From Macrostomum lignano (lineage: Eukaryota), in assembly GCA_002269645.1 (NCBI GenBank), contig NIVC01001603.1:134217-198216 (forward strand): a stretch of 64,000 nt of DNA, in the 5' to 3' direction. Below, piece after piece: positions 23,138-35,447 of this stretch; positions within the stretch are counted from its first letter, which is position 1; every line of letters starts with the position of its first letter. The position numbers and the translations under genes are program-made. Under the pieces are notes generated by a model that did no database searches, was not told the DNA's origin, and worked only from the letters and a program-made list of their open reading frames with translations.

Positions 23138-24413
23138 CACACACACAGACAGACAGACAGGCAGACATGTGTTTCCCACAAACTTCTCCAAAAATAATCC
23201 AGGGACCTACGAGTGTGCAAGCCACTGAACGTGGAGCTGCCCAGATCCCTAGTTGACGTCGTGACCAATTGGAATTTGCCAATGCACCGCTGGCTGAAGC
23301 AGTACGTATTTAATCAGAGCCTGCACTATGGCAAATTTCCAGCCGTACTGCTCACCTATATCGCCAGCTCATTGCTGCATGTAAGTTAATATGTAATCGT
23401 ATTTTAGCTTATCATTAAATATTGTAAGAGATACAATCAGTCTTGTTTGTTTTGTACTCGTCTTTTTTTAGGGCATGAACTTTCAACTATCAGCGGTTCT
23501 CCTGTCAATAGGAGTTTACAGCTATATTGAATACGGTAAGCTGGGTGTGCGTTTTATTGCTTTGATTCTATAACAGGCTTTTTGCGCCAAACTCAAGTAC
23601 GTACGCTCTCTTTCAAGCGCGTACTCTCGTGCAGCAGAGTCGGCTAACTCCGCCCCGGGAAGCCTGTATCCGGCCCTCGGGTTCTTCAAAACTTCACAAT
23701 AGCAATCCGGCCCGCTCATCTGTGTCTCTTCTCAGCTCTCTCTCTCCCCCTCTCTACACTCTAATCTCTTCTGTCTCCTCCCCTATCCTCTCTTCTCTCC
23801 CCTCTCCTCTCTCGCCTCTTCTCTCCTCTAATCGCCTCTCATCTGGCGTGCAGTCATAAGCTGAATTTTTTTAAGTTTGCCCGACCACTGGTGTACAGTG
23901 TACATGCCTGAGCTCAATGATCAGCTGACACAGGCTGTCTGCAGTTGTCTATGGCCAAGTGCAGTGGAAATTCTCAACTTGATGGTCTAAAGTATCAAGG
24001 ATTAACCATAACTATGTACATGTATCACAGAATGTGACTGCTGTATTTTCCCACCTCATCCAGTGCTTCGGCAGCGTCTAGCCAGCATATTCAATCTGTG
24101 CATCGAGTCCCGGCCCTGCAGCTCTGCTGGAGGCGGCGGCGAAGGCGGCAGCGGCCATGCCTCTAACGGATCTGGCGCCCACCAGTGCATGGAGCACCCG
24201 GGCAGGCAGATCGCTGGCCGCAGATTATCGAACCTGCTGTTCACCTGTCTGGCAATATTTCACCTGTCCTATCTGGGCCTGCTGTTCGACACTAGTCCGA
24301 TATCTGAGCAGGGCTACTCTTATCAGCACACGCTGAGCAAATGGGCAGAATTGGACTATTTGAGTCATCTGGTTGCTGGCGCGTCTTTTGCATTCTATAT
24401 GCTAATTAGGTAG
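18869..24413 (+). CDS. PORCN: Porcupine Wnt O-palmitoleoyltransferase (MBOAT); frameshifted in this sequence by a 5-bp duplication
   Basis: Exons 18869-19321, 20164-20264, 20355-20588, 21976-22082, 22186-22323, 23203-23380, 23472-23535, 24064-24413. Motifs: [39 protein letters not shown], catalytic SSLLH|G, FHLSYLG. Exons total 1625 nt; removing the duplicated TTGTG gives 540 codons. Confidence 0.93.
19380..20075. repeat. 23-bp minisatellite, porcupine intron 1
   Basis: Unit TCATAATCTCCATTTCCGGTCAG. Confidence 0.95.
20600..21900. repeat. 26-bp minisatellite, porcupine intron 3
   Basis: Unit CTCTTATCTCACCCTCGTGTCTCCCT; homogeneous core ~20870-21870. Confidence 0.97.
22480..23165. repeat. Compound (GATA)n/(GATT)n/(GACA)n microsatellite, porcupine intron 5
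   Basis: Seen directly in the sequence. Confidence 0.98.
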
Positions 24414-25204
24414 TTTAGTAGGTACAGTAATTTGTATAGCTAGAGGTTCAGATGTTTCAATTTGAAATTTAATTTAAATTAGCGCCAAAATGACTTAATT
24501 GGCATTGTGTTCATACGATTGTTTATAACAAAGCCTATTTTGGCACGAATTCGAACTTAATAAAAAATGGTAAATAATGTTTGTTGTTAATTTTTTTGCA
24601 ATACCTTCAGTTCAAAATTAGACGTTAATTAAATTTGTTATAATTTACATGCTTTGAAATTTGTAGCCCCTTAAAAGAAGGGCATCGAACCCTGGACCAC
24701 GGCGCTTTATTACTTTTTCTGCTTCAAGGCATTATTAGTAGTATAACACGCGTGTGATATACAAAAATCTATTTTTCCGCAGTTATATTTTGATTTCTAT
24801 TAGAAATAATAACCAATTATTTTCAGCACCTCAGGTTTGTCAGCCAATTTGTTCATAAGATATTCATAGCTATATAGTAATAAATCTATTGTGTTTAAAT
24901 AGTGCAACCACCGACATTAATATTATGATTGAAAAAACAGCTGATATAATTATAAAAACTTTAACTAGCATGATTAATTTTTCCTTAAATTTGTGCGCTT
25001 CTTTTTGTTCAAGTATTTAACAAAAGCCTTATTTGTTTGCTTTTTAGTTTTTGTTTGTGTTGTATCAACTCTGCAATTGGTTTCTACAAATTGTTTCTTG
25101 TAACTATTGTGAGCCCAAGGCAATTATATTATTAACAAAATGTTTTCTTCATTGCCTTGACTGCCTGCCAAGACACGCGACACGATTTTAATCAACTGGT
25201 TAAC

Positions 25205-28200
25205 GACCCCTTCAACCCTAGATTCCTCTCCCTTCAACCCTAGATTCCTCTCCCTTCAACCCTAGATTCCTCTCCCTGCAACCTAGATTCCTCTCCCTGC
25301 AACCCTAGATTCCTCTCCATGCAACCCTAGATTCCTCTCCATGCAACCCTAGATTCCACTGCCTGCAACCCAAGATTCCTCTCCCTGCAACCCTAGATTC
25401 CTCTCCATGCAACCCTAGATTCCACTCCCTGCAACCCTAGATTCCACTCCCTTCTCATCCCTAGATTCCTCTCCCTACAATCCTAGATTCCACTCCCTGC
25501 AACCCTAGATTCCACTCCCTGCAACCCTAGATTCCTCTCCCTGCAACCCTAGATTCCTCTCCCTGCAATCCTAGATTCCACTCCCTGCAACCCTAGATTC
25601 CACTCCCTACAACCCTAGATTTCTCTCCCTGCAACCCTAGATTCCTCTCCCTGCAACCCTAGATTCCTCTCCCTGCAACCCTAGATTCCTCTCCCTTCAA
25701 CCCTAGATTCCACTCCCTGCAACCCTAGATTCCACTCCCTGCAACCCTAGATTCCTCTCCCTGCAACCCTAGATTCCACTCCCTGCAACCCTAGATTCCT
25801 CTCCCTGCAACCCTAGATTCCACTCCCTGCAACCCTAGATTCCACTCCCTGCAGCCCTAGATTCCACTCCCTGCAACCCTAGATTCCTCTCCCTGCAATC
25901 CTAGATTCCTCTCCCTGCAACCCTAGATTCCTCTCCCTTCAACCCTAGATTCCTCTCCCTTCAACCTAGATTCCTTTCCCTTCTCAACCCTAGATTCCTC
26001 TCCCTTCAACCCTAGATTCCTCTCCCTGCAATCCTAGATTCCTCTCCCTGCAATCCTAGATTCCTCTCCCTGCAACCCTAGATTCCTCTCCCTGCAATCC
26101 TAGATTCCTCTCCCTTCAACCCTAGATTCGTCTCCCTTCAACCCTAGATTCCTCTCCCTTCAACCCTAGATTCCTCTCCCTTCAACCCTAGATTCCACTC
26201 CCTGCAACCCTAGATTCCACTCCCTGCAACCCTAGATTCCACTCCCTGCAACCCTAGATTCCTCTCCCTGCAATCCTAGATTCCTCTCCCTGCAACCCTA
26301 GATTCCTCTCCCTGCAACCCTAGATTCCACTCCCTGCAACCCTAGATTCCACTCCCTGCAACCCTAGATTCCTCTCCCTGCAATCCTAGATTCCTCTCCC
26401 TGCAACCCTAGATTCCTCTCCCTTCAACCCTAGATTCCTCTCCCTTCAACCTAGATTCCTTTCCCTTCTCAACCCTAGATTCCTCTCCCTTCAACCCTAG
26501 ATTCCTCTCCCTGCAATCCTAGATTCCTCTCCCTGCAATCCTAGATTCCTCTCCCTGCAACCCTAGATTCCTCTCCCTGCAATCCTAGATTCCTCTCCCT
26601 TCAACCCTAGATTCGTCTCCCTTCAACCCTAGATTCCTCTCCCTTCAACCCTAGATTCCTCTCCCTTCAACCCTAGATTCCACTCCCTGCAACCCTAGAT
26701 TCCACTCCCTGCAACCCTAGATTCCCCTCCTTGCAACCCTAGATTCCACTCCCTGCAACCCTAGATTCCACTCCCTGCAACCCTAGATTCCTCTCCCTTC
26801 TCAACCCTAGATTCCTCTCCCTGCAACCCTAGATTCCTCTCCCTGCAATCCTAGATTCCTCTCCCTGCAATCCTAGATTCCTCTCCCTGCAACCCTAGAT
26901 TCCACTCCCTGCAACCCTAGATTCCCCTCCTTGCAACCCTAGATTCCACTCCCTGCAACCCTAGATTCCACTCCCTGCAACCCTAGATTCCTCTCCCTTC
27001 TCAACCCTAGATTCCTCTCCCTGCAACCCTAGATTCGTCTCCCTTCAACCCTAGATCCCTCTTCCTTCACCCCTAGATTCCTCTCCCTGCAACCCTAGAT
27101 TCGTCTCCCTTCAACCCTAGATCCCTCTTCCTTCACCCCTAGATTCCTCTCCCTGCAACCCTAGATTCCTCTCCCTTCAACCCTAGATCCCTCTTCCTTC
27201 ACCCCTAGATTCCTCTCCTGCAACCCTAGATTCGTCTCCCTTCAACCCTAGATCCCTCTTCCTTCACCCCTAGATTCCTCTCCCTGCAACCCTAGATTCC
27301 TCTCCCTTCAACCCTAGATCCCTCTTCCTTCACCCCTAGATTCCTCTCCCTGCAACCCTAGATTCCTCTCCCTTCAACCCTAGATCCCTCTTCCTTCACC
27401 CCTAGATTCCTCTCCCTGCAACCCTAGATTCGTCTCCCTTCAACCCTAGATCCCTCTTCCTTCACCCCTAGATTCCTCTCCCTGCAACCCTAGATTCCTC
27501 TCCCTTCAACCCTAGATCCCTCTTCCTTCACCCCTAGATTCCTCTCCCTGCAACCCTAGATTCCTCTCCCTTCAACCCTAGATCCCTCTTCCTTCACCCC
27601 TAGATTCCTCTCCCTGCAACCCTAGATTCGTCTCCCTGCAACCCTAGATCCCTCTTCCTTCACCCTAGATTCCTCTCCCTGCAACCCTAGATTCCTCTCC
27701 CTTCAACCCTAGATCCCTCTTCCTTCACCCCTAGATTCCTCTCCCTGCAACCCTAGATTCCTCTCCCTTCAACCCTAGATCCCTCTTCCTTCACCCCTAG
27801 ATTCCTCTCCCTGCAACCCTAGATTCGTCTCCCTGCAACCCTAGATCCCTCTTCCTTCACCCCTAGATTCCTCTCCCTGCAACCCTAGATTCCTTTCCCT
27901 TCACCCCTAGATTCCTCTTCCTTCACCCCTAGATTCCTCTCCCTGCAACCCTAGATTCCTCTCCCTTCAACCCTAGATCCCTCTTCCTTCACCCCTAGAT
28001 TCCTCTCCCTGCAACCCTAGATTCGTCTCCCTGCAACCCTAGATCCCTCTTCCTTCACCCCTAGATTCCTCTCCCTGCAACCCTAGATTCCTCTCCCTTC
28101 AACCCTAGATCCCTCTTCCTTCACCCCTAGATTCCTCTCCCTGCAACCCTAGATTCCTCTCCCTTCAACCCTAGATCCCTCTTCCTTCACCCCTAGATTC

Positions 28201-28280
28201 CTCTCCCTGCAACCCTAGATTCGTCTCCCTGCAACCCTAGATCCCTCTTCCTTCACCCCTAGATTCCTTTCCCTTCAGCC
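25205..28280. repeat. 22-bp minisatellite with higher-order structure
   Basis: Unit CAACCCTAGATTCC(T/A)CTCCCTG; a 66-bp trimer dominates from ~27040. Confidence 0.97.
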
Positions 28281-28874
28281 CTAACAAATCGTTCCTTTTA
28301 ACTTTAGCTAGCCACAACTTCTTTATTTGTGTGAAAAGTGTCACTTGCAAAGTACATACAGTTGAGTTTCAGAAGCTCATAGCTGAATTACTAAAAAGTT
28401 TCCAATTGTCTCCAATTGCTTACTACGCATGTCCTGTTATAATCAAAGCTATGTCTATTCTTTTCTGCGCTCAAATATCTTACTTATTAAATTTGACATG
28501 TCACTGCAATCCATCCTCTGCTATTTAATCTTCAAGTACAAAAATTATTTTAAACTGTTTCTATGGCGAATAATTGTATAATTTGCGTTATTCTGAACTA
28601 ATAAAAATCGATTGTTAATATTAGTTAGTTGGCGTAGATATTAATTTGCATGTGAACTATACACTTACTATAAATCTGCTTCCTTGTATGCTTATTTTAG
28701 TAACAAAAATCAAGCAAAACTGCTTCCTCAGTTCGAGTCTGTGTTTATTTTTTTTGCATCTAAGGACATTTTCAAAGGCGATTTTGTTTTCTTGATTTTC
28801 ACTGTGTTTTTTCTGATATTTTTATTAGTATGTATTGAGATGGCAACTATAGAGTATAGACTGTAGAGTGTCTC

Positions 28875-30745
28875 TACAGGTGGTGATTAGATTGTCTCCG
28901 GATGATAATTGGAGTGTTTCCGGATGGTAATTACAGTGTCTTCAGATGGTAATTAGAGTGTCTTCAGGTGGCAATTAGAGTATCTTCAGGTGGTAATTAG
29001 AGTGTCTTCAGGTGGTAATTAGAGTGTCTACAGGTGGTAATTAGAGTGTCTGCAGGTGGTAATTAGAGTGTCTACAGGTGGTAATTAGAGTGTCTGCAGG
29101 TGGTAATTAGAGTGTCTCCGGATGGTAATTAGATTGTCTCCGGATGGTAATTAGAGTGTCTTCATGTGGTAATTAGAGTGTCTGCAGGTGGTAATTAGAT
29201 TGTCTCCGGATGGTAATTAGAGTGTCTTCATGTGGTAATTAGAGTGACTCCAGGTGGTAATTAGAGTGTCTTCAGGTGGCAATTAGAGTGTCTTCAGATG
29301 GTAATTAGAGTGTCTTCAGGTGGCAATTAGAGTATCTTCAGGTGGTAATTAGAGTGTCTTCAGGTGGTAATTAGAGTGTCTACAGGTGGTAATTAGAGTG
29401 TCTGCAGGTGGTAATTAGAGTGTCTACAGGTGGTAATTAGAGTGTCTGCAGGTGGTAATTAGAGTGTCTCCGGATGGTAATTAGATTGTCTCCGGATGGT
29501 AATTAGAGTGTCTTCATGTGGTAATTAGAGTGTCTGCAGGTGGTAATTAGATTGTCTCCGGATGGTAATTAGAGTGTCTTCATGTGGTAATTAGAGTGAC
29601 TCCAGGTGGTAATTAGAGTGTCTTCAGGTGGCAATTAGAGTATCTTCAGGTGGTAATTAGAGTGTCTCCAGGTGGTAATTAGAGTGTCTTCAGGTGGTAA
29701 TTAGAGTGTCTTCAGGTGGTAATTAGAGTGTCTACAGGTGGTAATTAGAGTGTCTGCAGGTGGTAATTAGAGTGTCTACAGGTGGTAATTAGAGTGTCTG
29801 CAGGTGGTAATTAGAGTGTCTGCAGGTGGTAATTAGAGTGTCTACAGGTGGTAATTAGAGTGTCTGCAGGTGGTAATTAGAGTGTCTGCAGGTGGTAATT
29901 AGAGTGTCTCCGGATGGTAATTAGATTGTCTCCGGATGGTAATTAGAGTGTCTTCATGTGGTAATTAGAGTGTCTGCAGGTGGTAATTAGATTGTCTCCG
30001 GATGGTAATTAGAGTGTCTTCATGTGGTAATTAGAGTGACTCCAGGTGGTAATTAGAGTGTCTTCAGGTGGCAATTAGAGTATCTTCAGGTGGTAATTAG
30101 AGTGTCTCCAGGTGGTAATTAGAGTGTCTTCAGGTGGTAATTAGAGTGTCTTCAGGTGGTAATTAGAGTGTCTACAGGTGGTAATTAGAGTGTCTGCAGG
30201 TGGTAATTAGAGTGTCTACAGGTGGTATTTAGAGTGTCTGCAGGTGGTAATTAGAGTGTCTCCGGATGGTAATTAGATTGTCTCCGGATGGTAATTAGAG
30301 TGTCTTCATGTGGTAATTAGAGTGTCTGCAGGTGGTAATTAGATTGTCTCCGGATGGTAATTAGAGTGTCTTCATGTGGTAATTAGAGTGTCTGCAGGTG
30401 GTAATTAGATTGTCTCCGGATGGTAATTAGAGTGTCTTCATGTGGTAATTAGAGTGACTCCAGGTGGTAATTAGAGTGTCTTCAGGTGGCAATTAGAGTA
30501 TCTTCAGGTGGTAATTAGAGTGTCTCCAGGTGGTAATTAGAGTGTCTTCAGGTGGTAATTAGAGTGTCTTCAGGTGGTAATTAGAGTGACTCCAGGTGGT
30601 AATTAGAGTGTCTTCAGGTGGTAATTAGATTGTCTCCGGATGGTAATTAGAGTGTCTTCATGTGGTAATTAGAGTGTCTGCAGGTGGTAATTAGATTGTC
30701 TCCGGATGGTAATTAGAGTGTCTTCAGGTGGTAATTAGAGTGTCA
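28875..30745. repeat. 22-bp minisatellite upstream of CDC50
   Basis: Unit GGTGGTAATTAGAGTGTCTTCA, with recurring variant blocks. Confidence 0.97.
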
Positions 30746-30946
30746 CCTATTTTTACTTTCTCAAATGGCTAGGCTGTGTTGTGGAAAAATAACAAGTTTT
30801 CAAGTATTGTGGCTATGTATTTGTACATAAAGTACATCAATTTTATTGTTAGTTGGTTTTAAAAAGTGCAATTTACGTGAACTACTGCATGTAGCCACCA
30901 GAAAGCAATTATTGAATCGATACAAAAAAATTGATGAAAATCCAAC

Positions 30947-33900
30947 ATGCTGGAACCTGTTGAAGATTCTCAGGCCGTAGTGCGCCCAGAAGACGATGAT
31001 AACATCGATGACGAGGATCTGGAAGGTGCCAACAACTCAGCAGCCGCTGGTGCTGGCAATGCCTCAGGTGCCACCAGTAATCGTCCACCTTCGTCAGCTT
31101 TTCATCAACAGAAATTACCAGCATGGCAACCGTTGCTAACCGCTGGCACAGTGTTTCCCGTGTTCTTAATCATGTCGATTGCCTTTATCTGCCTTGGTGT
31201 GGCCTTGCTATTGGCTAATTCCAACATATCCGAGCTATCAATTGACTACACCGATTGTAAACGCATTGGGGATCGAACTCCGTGCGCTAATCTAGTGAAG
31301 AAACCCGAATTCTATTATAATTATAGCGTCTGCCAGTGCCGGCTGGAGTTCAAGCTTGACAAACCTATGACTGGGCAGGTGTACGCATACTATGCTCTGA
31401 CTAACTTTCACCAGAATCACAGAAAGTAAGCCTGTTTAAGTGGACATGTCTTTAATCCCCGAATCCCAAATACGTGTCTTTAATCCCCGAATCCCAAATC
31501 TGTGTCTTTAATCCCCAAATCCCAAATCTGTGTCTTTAATCCCCAAATCCCAAATTCGTGTCTTTAATCTCCAAATCCCAAATCCGTGTCTTTAATCCCC
31601 AAATCCCAAATTCGTGTCTTTAATCTCCAAATCCCAAATCCGTGTCTTTAATCCCCGAATCCCAAATCCATGTCTTCAATCCCCAAATCCCAAATCCGTG
31701 TCTTTAATCCCCAAATCCCAAATCCGTGTCTTTAATCCCCAAATCCCAAATCCGTGTCTTTAAACCCAAATCCCAAATCCGTGTCTTTAATCCGCGAATC
31801 TCAAATCCGTGTCTTTAATCCCCAAATCTCAAATCCGTGTCTTTAATCCCCAAATCCCAAATCCGTGTCTTTAATCCCCAAATCCCAAATCCGTGTCTTT
31901 AAACCCAAATCCCAAATCCGTGTCTTTAATCACCGAATCCCAAATCCGTGTCTTTAATCCCCAAATCCCAAATCCGTGTCTTTAATCCGCGAATCCCAAA
32001 TCCATGTCTTTAATCCCCAAATCCCAAATCAGTGTCTTTAATCTCCAAATCCCAAATCCGTGTCTTTAATCCCCAAATCCCAAATCTGTGTCTTTAATCC
32101 CCGAATCCCAAATCCGTGTCTTTAATCTCCAAATCCCAAATCCGTGTCTTAAATCTCCAAATCCCAAATCCGTGTCTTTAATCCCCAAATCCCAAATCCG
32201 TGTCTTTAATCCGCGAATCCCAAATCCATGTCTTTAATCCCCAAATCCCAAATCCGTGTCTTTAATCCCCAAATCCCAAATTCGTGTCTTTAATCCCCAA
32301 ATCCCAAATCTGTGTCTTTAATCCCCGAATCCCAAATTCGTGTCTTTAATCCCCGAATCCCAAATTCGTGTCTTTAATCCCCGAATCCCAAATCCGTGTC
32401 TTTAATCCTACAATTCGGATTCCGAACCCCATCACTCACATCCCAGAATTCCATTCAAAGTCATTTAATCCAAAACCAGGTGTTCCACATAATTTATCTC
32501 TAATAATCTGCTCCATTCCCCGTCGCCCAGGTACGTCAAATCGCATGACCGGATGCAGCTCTCGGGCCGTCGCTACTCCGACTTGGACGCCGAATGCGAG
32601 CCGTACCGGACATCCGCCGACGGCAAATGGATCGCCCCCTGCGGCGCTGTGGCTAACAGCTTGTTCAACGATACGTTTAAGCTCATGCGTCGCGTTGGCA
32701 GCCTTGAAACTGTGCCATGGACCGTTAAGGGTATCAGCTGGTCGGCAGATGTGGCTAGAAAATACGGCCGAGTAGACACCTGGAATGGAACAGCTAAGCC
32801 ACCAAACTGGGCTGTGCCAGAGTCCGCCCGAAGTCCGATAGGTTACACTGGGGACGAGGAACTGCAGGTAAGCGTCTTTTATAGGATCCCTAATCCCTAT
32901 CGCTAATCCATAATCCACTATCAGTAATATCTAATCCTCAATCCACTATCAGTAATATCTAATCCCTAATCCACTATCAGTAATATCTAATCCCTAATCC
33001 ACTATCAGTAATATCTAATCCGTAATCCACTATCAGTGACCTCTAATCCTTAATCCACTTTCAGTGATCTCTAATCCTCAATCCACTATCAGTAATATCT
33101 AATCCTCAATCCGCTTTCAGTAATATCTAATCCTCAATCCACTATCAGTAATATCTAATCCTCAATCCGCTTTCAGTAATATCTAATCCTTAATCCACTA
33201 TCAGTAATATCTAATCCTCAATCCGCTTTCAGTAATATCTAATCCTCAATCCACTATCACGAATTTCTAATCCCTAATCCACTAACAGTGATCTCTAATC
33301 CCTAATCCACTAACAGTGATCTCTAATCCCTAATCCACTATCAGTGACCTCTAATCCTTAATCCACTTTCAGTGATCTCTAATCCTCAATCCACTATCAG
33401 TAATATCTAATCCTCAATCCGCTTTCAGTAATATCTAATCCTCAATCCACTATCAGTAATATCTAATCCTCAATCCACTATCAGTAATATCTAATCCTCA
33501 ATCCACTATCAGTAATATCTAATCCTCAATCCACTATCAGTAATATCTAATCCTTAATCCACTATCAGTAATATCTAATCCTTAATCCACTATCAGTAAT
33601 ATCTAATCCTTAATCCACTATCAGTAATATCTAATCCCTAATCCACTATCAGTAATATCTAATCCTTAATCCACTATCAGTAATATCTAATCCTCAATCC
33701 ACTATCAGTAATATCTAATCCTTAATCCACTATCAGTAATATCTAATCCTTAATCCACTATCAGTAATATCTAATCCTTAATCCACTATCAGTAATATCT
33801 AATCCTCCATCCACTTGCAATGATCTCTAATACTTAATCCCTAATCTTAATGACAGTAGTATACTCGTAAATCAGCATAAGTCTAAAGCGTTTACAAATC

Positions 33901-34210
33901 AATTATATAAAAATAGGTCTGGATGACGGTGGCCGCTTTGCCTACATTTCGCAAACTGCATCGCCGTCTAATTCACTCGGATATAAGTGCATACGCGGAA
34001 GGACTTCCGGCCGGAAACTACAGTCTGTTGGTGAATTACAGCTACCCTGTTGCCGGATTTGGCGGCACCAAATCGTTCGTTCTGGCCACTGCCGGCCTGT
34101 TAGGCGGCCGAAATGCCGGCCTAGGCGGATTGGCCATCGCTGTCGGCTGTCTGCATCTGGCGCTGTGCTGCGCCCTCGCTGTGCTGCACACGCACGCGAA
34201 ACGAAAGTAA
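30947..34210 (+). CDS. TMEM30A: CDC50/TMEM30 P4-ATPase flippase beta subunit, ~369 aa
   Basis: Exons 30947-31425, 32531-32867, 33917-34210. Motifs: SAFHQQKLPAWQP, YYALTNFHQNHR|KYVKS, PCGAVANSLFNDTF, VWMTVAALPTFRKL, LGGRNAGLG. Paralog assignment uncertain. Confidence 0.94.
31445..32410. repeat. 28-bp minisatellite, CDC50 intron 1
   Basis: Unit CCCCAAATCCCAAATCCGTGTCTTTAAT. Confidence 0.97.
32900..33830. repeat. 28-bp minisatellite, CDC50 intron 2
   Basis: Unit AATCCACTATCAGTAATATCTAATCCTC. Confidence 0.97.
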
Positions 34211-34299
34211 GTTTTGTCCGATATGTATCGAAAATTACTTTATTTTTTTAGCATTTTTGCAAAATAAATCGAGTATTACCTCAAGCCCGTCCATCAAAG

Positions 34300-34455
34300 T
34301 AATATTTTAGCCGATATGTATCGGAATGCTTCTTTTAGCCGATATGTATCAAAGTGCTTCTGTTAGCCGATATGTATCGAACTGCTTCTTTAAGCCGATA
34401 TGTATCGAACTACTTTTTAGCTGATTTGTATCGAAAAAAATTATTCGATATGTAT
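34300..34455. repeat. 28-bp minisatellite just 3' of CDC50
   Basis: TAGCCGATATGTATCGAACTGCTTCTT-like unit, ~5 copies. Confidence 0.85.
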
Positions 34456-34463
34456 GGTTATAA

Positions 34464-35447
34464 CCCGTATAAAAGTGGGACTGTCACATTTTGACTATGT
34501 GACAGTTTTGTGACACTCAAATGACGGTATCACATGTGACCCTTCATTGTGACACTCAAATGTGACCGTCGATGTGACAGTCAAATAAGCTGTCACAAGT
34601 GTGACCGTCGATGTGACACTCAAATAAGCTGTCACAAGTGTGACCGTCGATGTGACACTCAAATAAACTGTCACCGCTGTGACCGTCAATGTGACACTCA
34701 AGTGTGACAGTCGATGTGTTGTCTCCTGCCTGACAGTTGTAGTACGTCGTATAACTGTCATACCCACCTTTAATGCTGTATCACTGCCTCTCGGAGCATT
34801 CCAATAATGTCCGACAACAAGCCTTCGGATATTTTATCTAAAAATAAGTGGCTGTTCAAGTCACCTTCTGGCCAGGAGAGGGTTCGGAAGTTAGTGAGTC
34901 AGCCTTACCAGCCCAGACCGCCTTGTGGTTTCCAGCTAGAGTATCAGGAGGCTGCTAAGAAGATGCAGCAGGAGATAGACAGTGAACCAGTGATTAGATA
35001 TTAGATATTAGATATTATTGATTTATTAGTTTTCTCCTGAAATATCATACATTGTACGTGCATGTGTATAACAACACACGTAGAAATACTTTATTTGACT
35101 TAATGATCATGCACGGAAATCGAAGTAAGTAGTTAACATATTTAATAATGGAAAAATTGATGCATCGGCAGTATTACTCTACCAAGTTGTTAGTTTTTAC
35201 CATTGCTTAAAACAACCAAACACACGTGTCACATGGACGGTCACAGCGGTGACAGTTTCTTTGAGTGTCACATTTGAGTGTCACATGGACGGTCACACTG
35301 GTGACAGTTTATTTGACTGTCACATTTGAGTGTCAGTGTCACATCGACGGTCACATCACTGTCACACTTGACGGTCACAAGCGTGACAAGCAGTGTCACA
35401 ATTTCGACTGTCACCAAAAAAATGTGACAGTCCCACTTTTATGCGGG
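34464..35447. mobile_element. Non-autonomous TIR DNA transposon (CMC/EnSpm- or Harbinger-like)
   Basis: TIRs CCCGTATAAAAGTGGGACTGTCACATTTT / AAAATGTGACAGTCCCACTTTTATGCGGG; TAA on both flanks; mirrored subterminal GTGAC/GTCAC repeats; short internal ORF 34807-35004. Confidence 0.8.

Noticed and set aside
23522-23719. Minus-strand 65-aa ORF in porcupine intron 7
   Set aside because: No recognisable domain; may be a small TE fragment, but no TIR or TSD was found.
25205-28280. Interstitial telomere (AACCCTAG resembles AACCCT)
   Set aside because: Only a 6-7 nt resemblance inside a 22-bp unit; no (TTAGGG)n run.
25205-30745. CRISPR-like regular repeats
   Set aside because: Units are directly adjacent with no unique spacers, there are no cas genes, and the context is eukaryotic.
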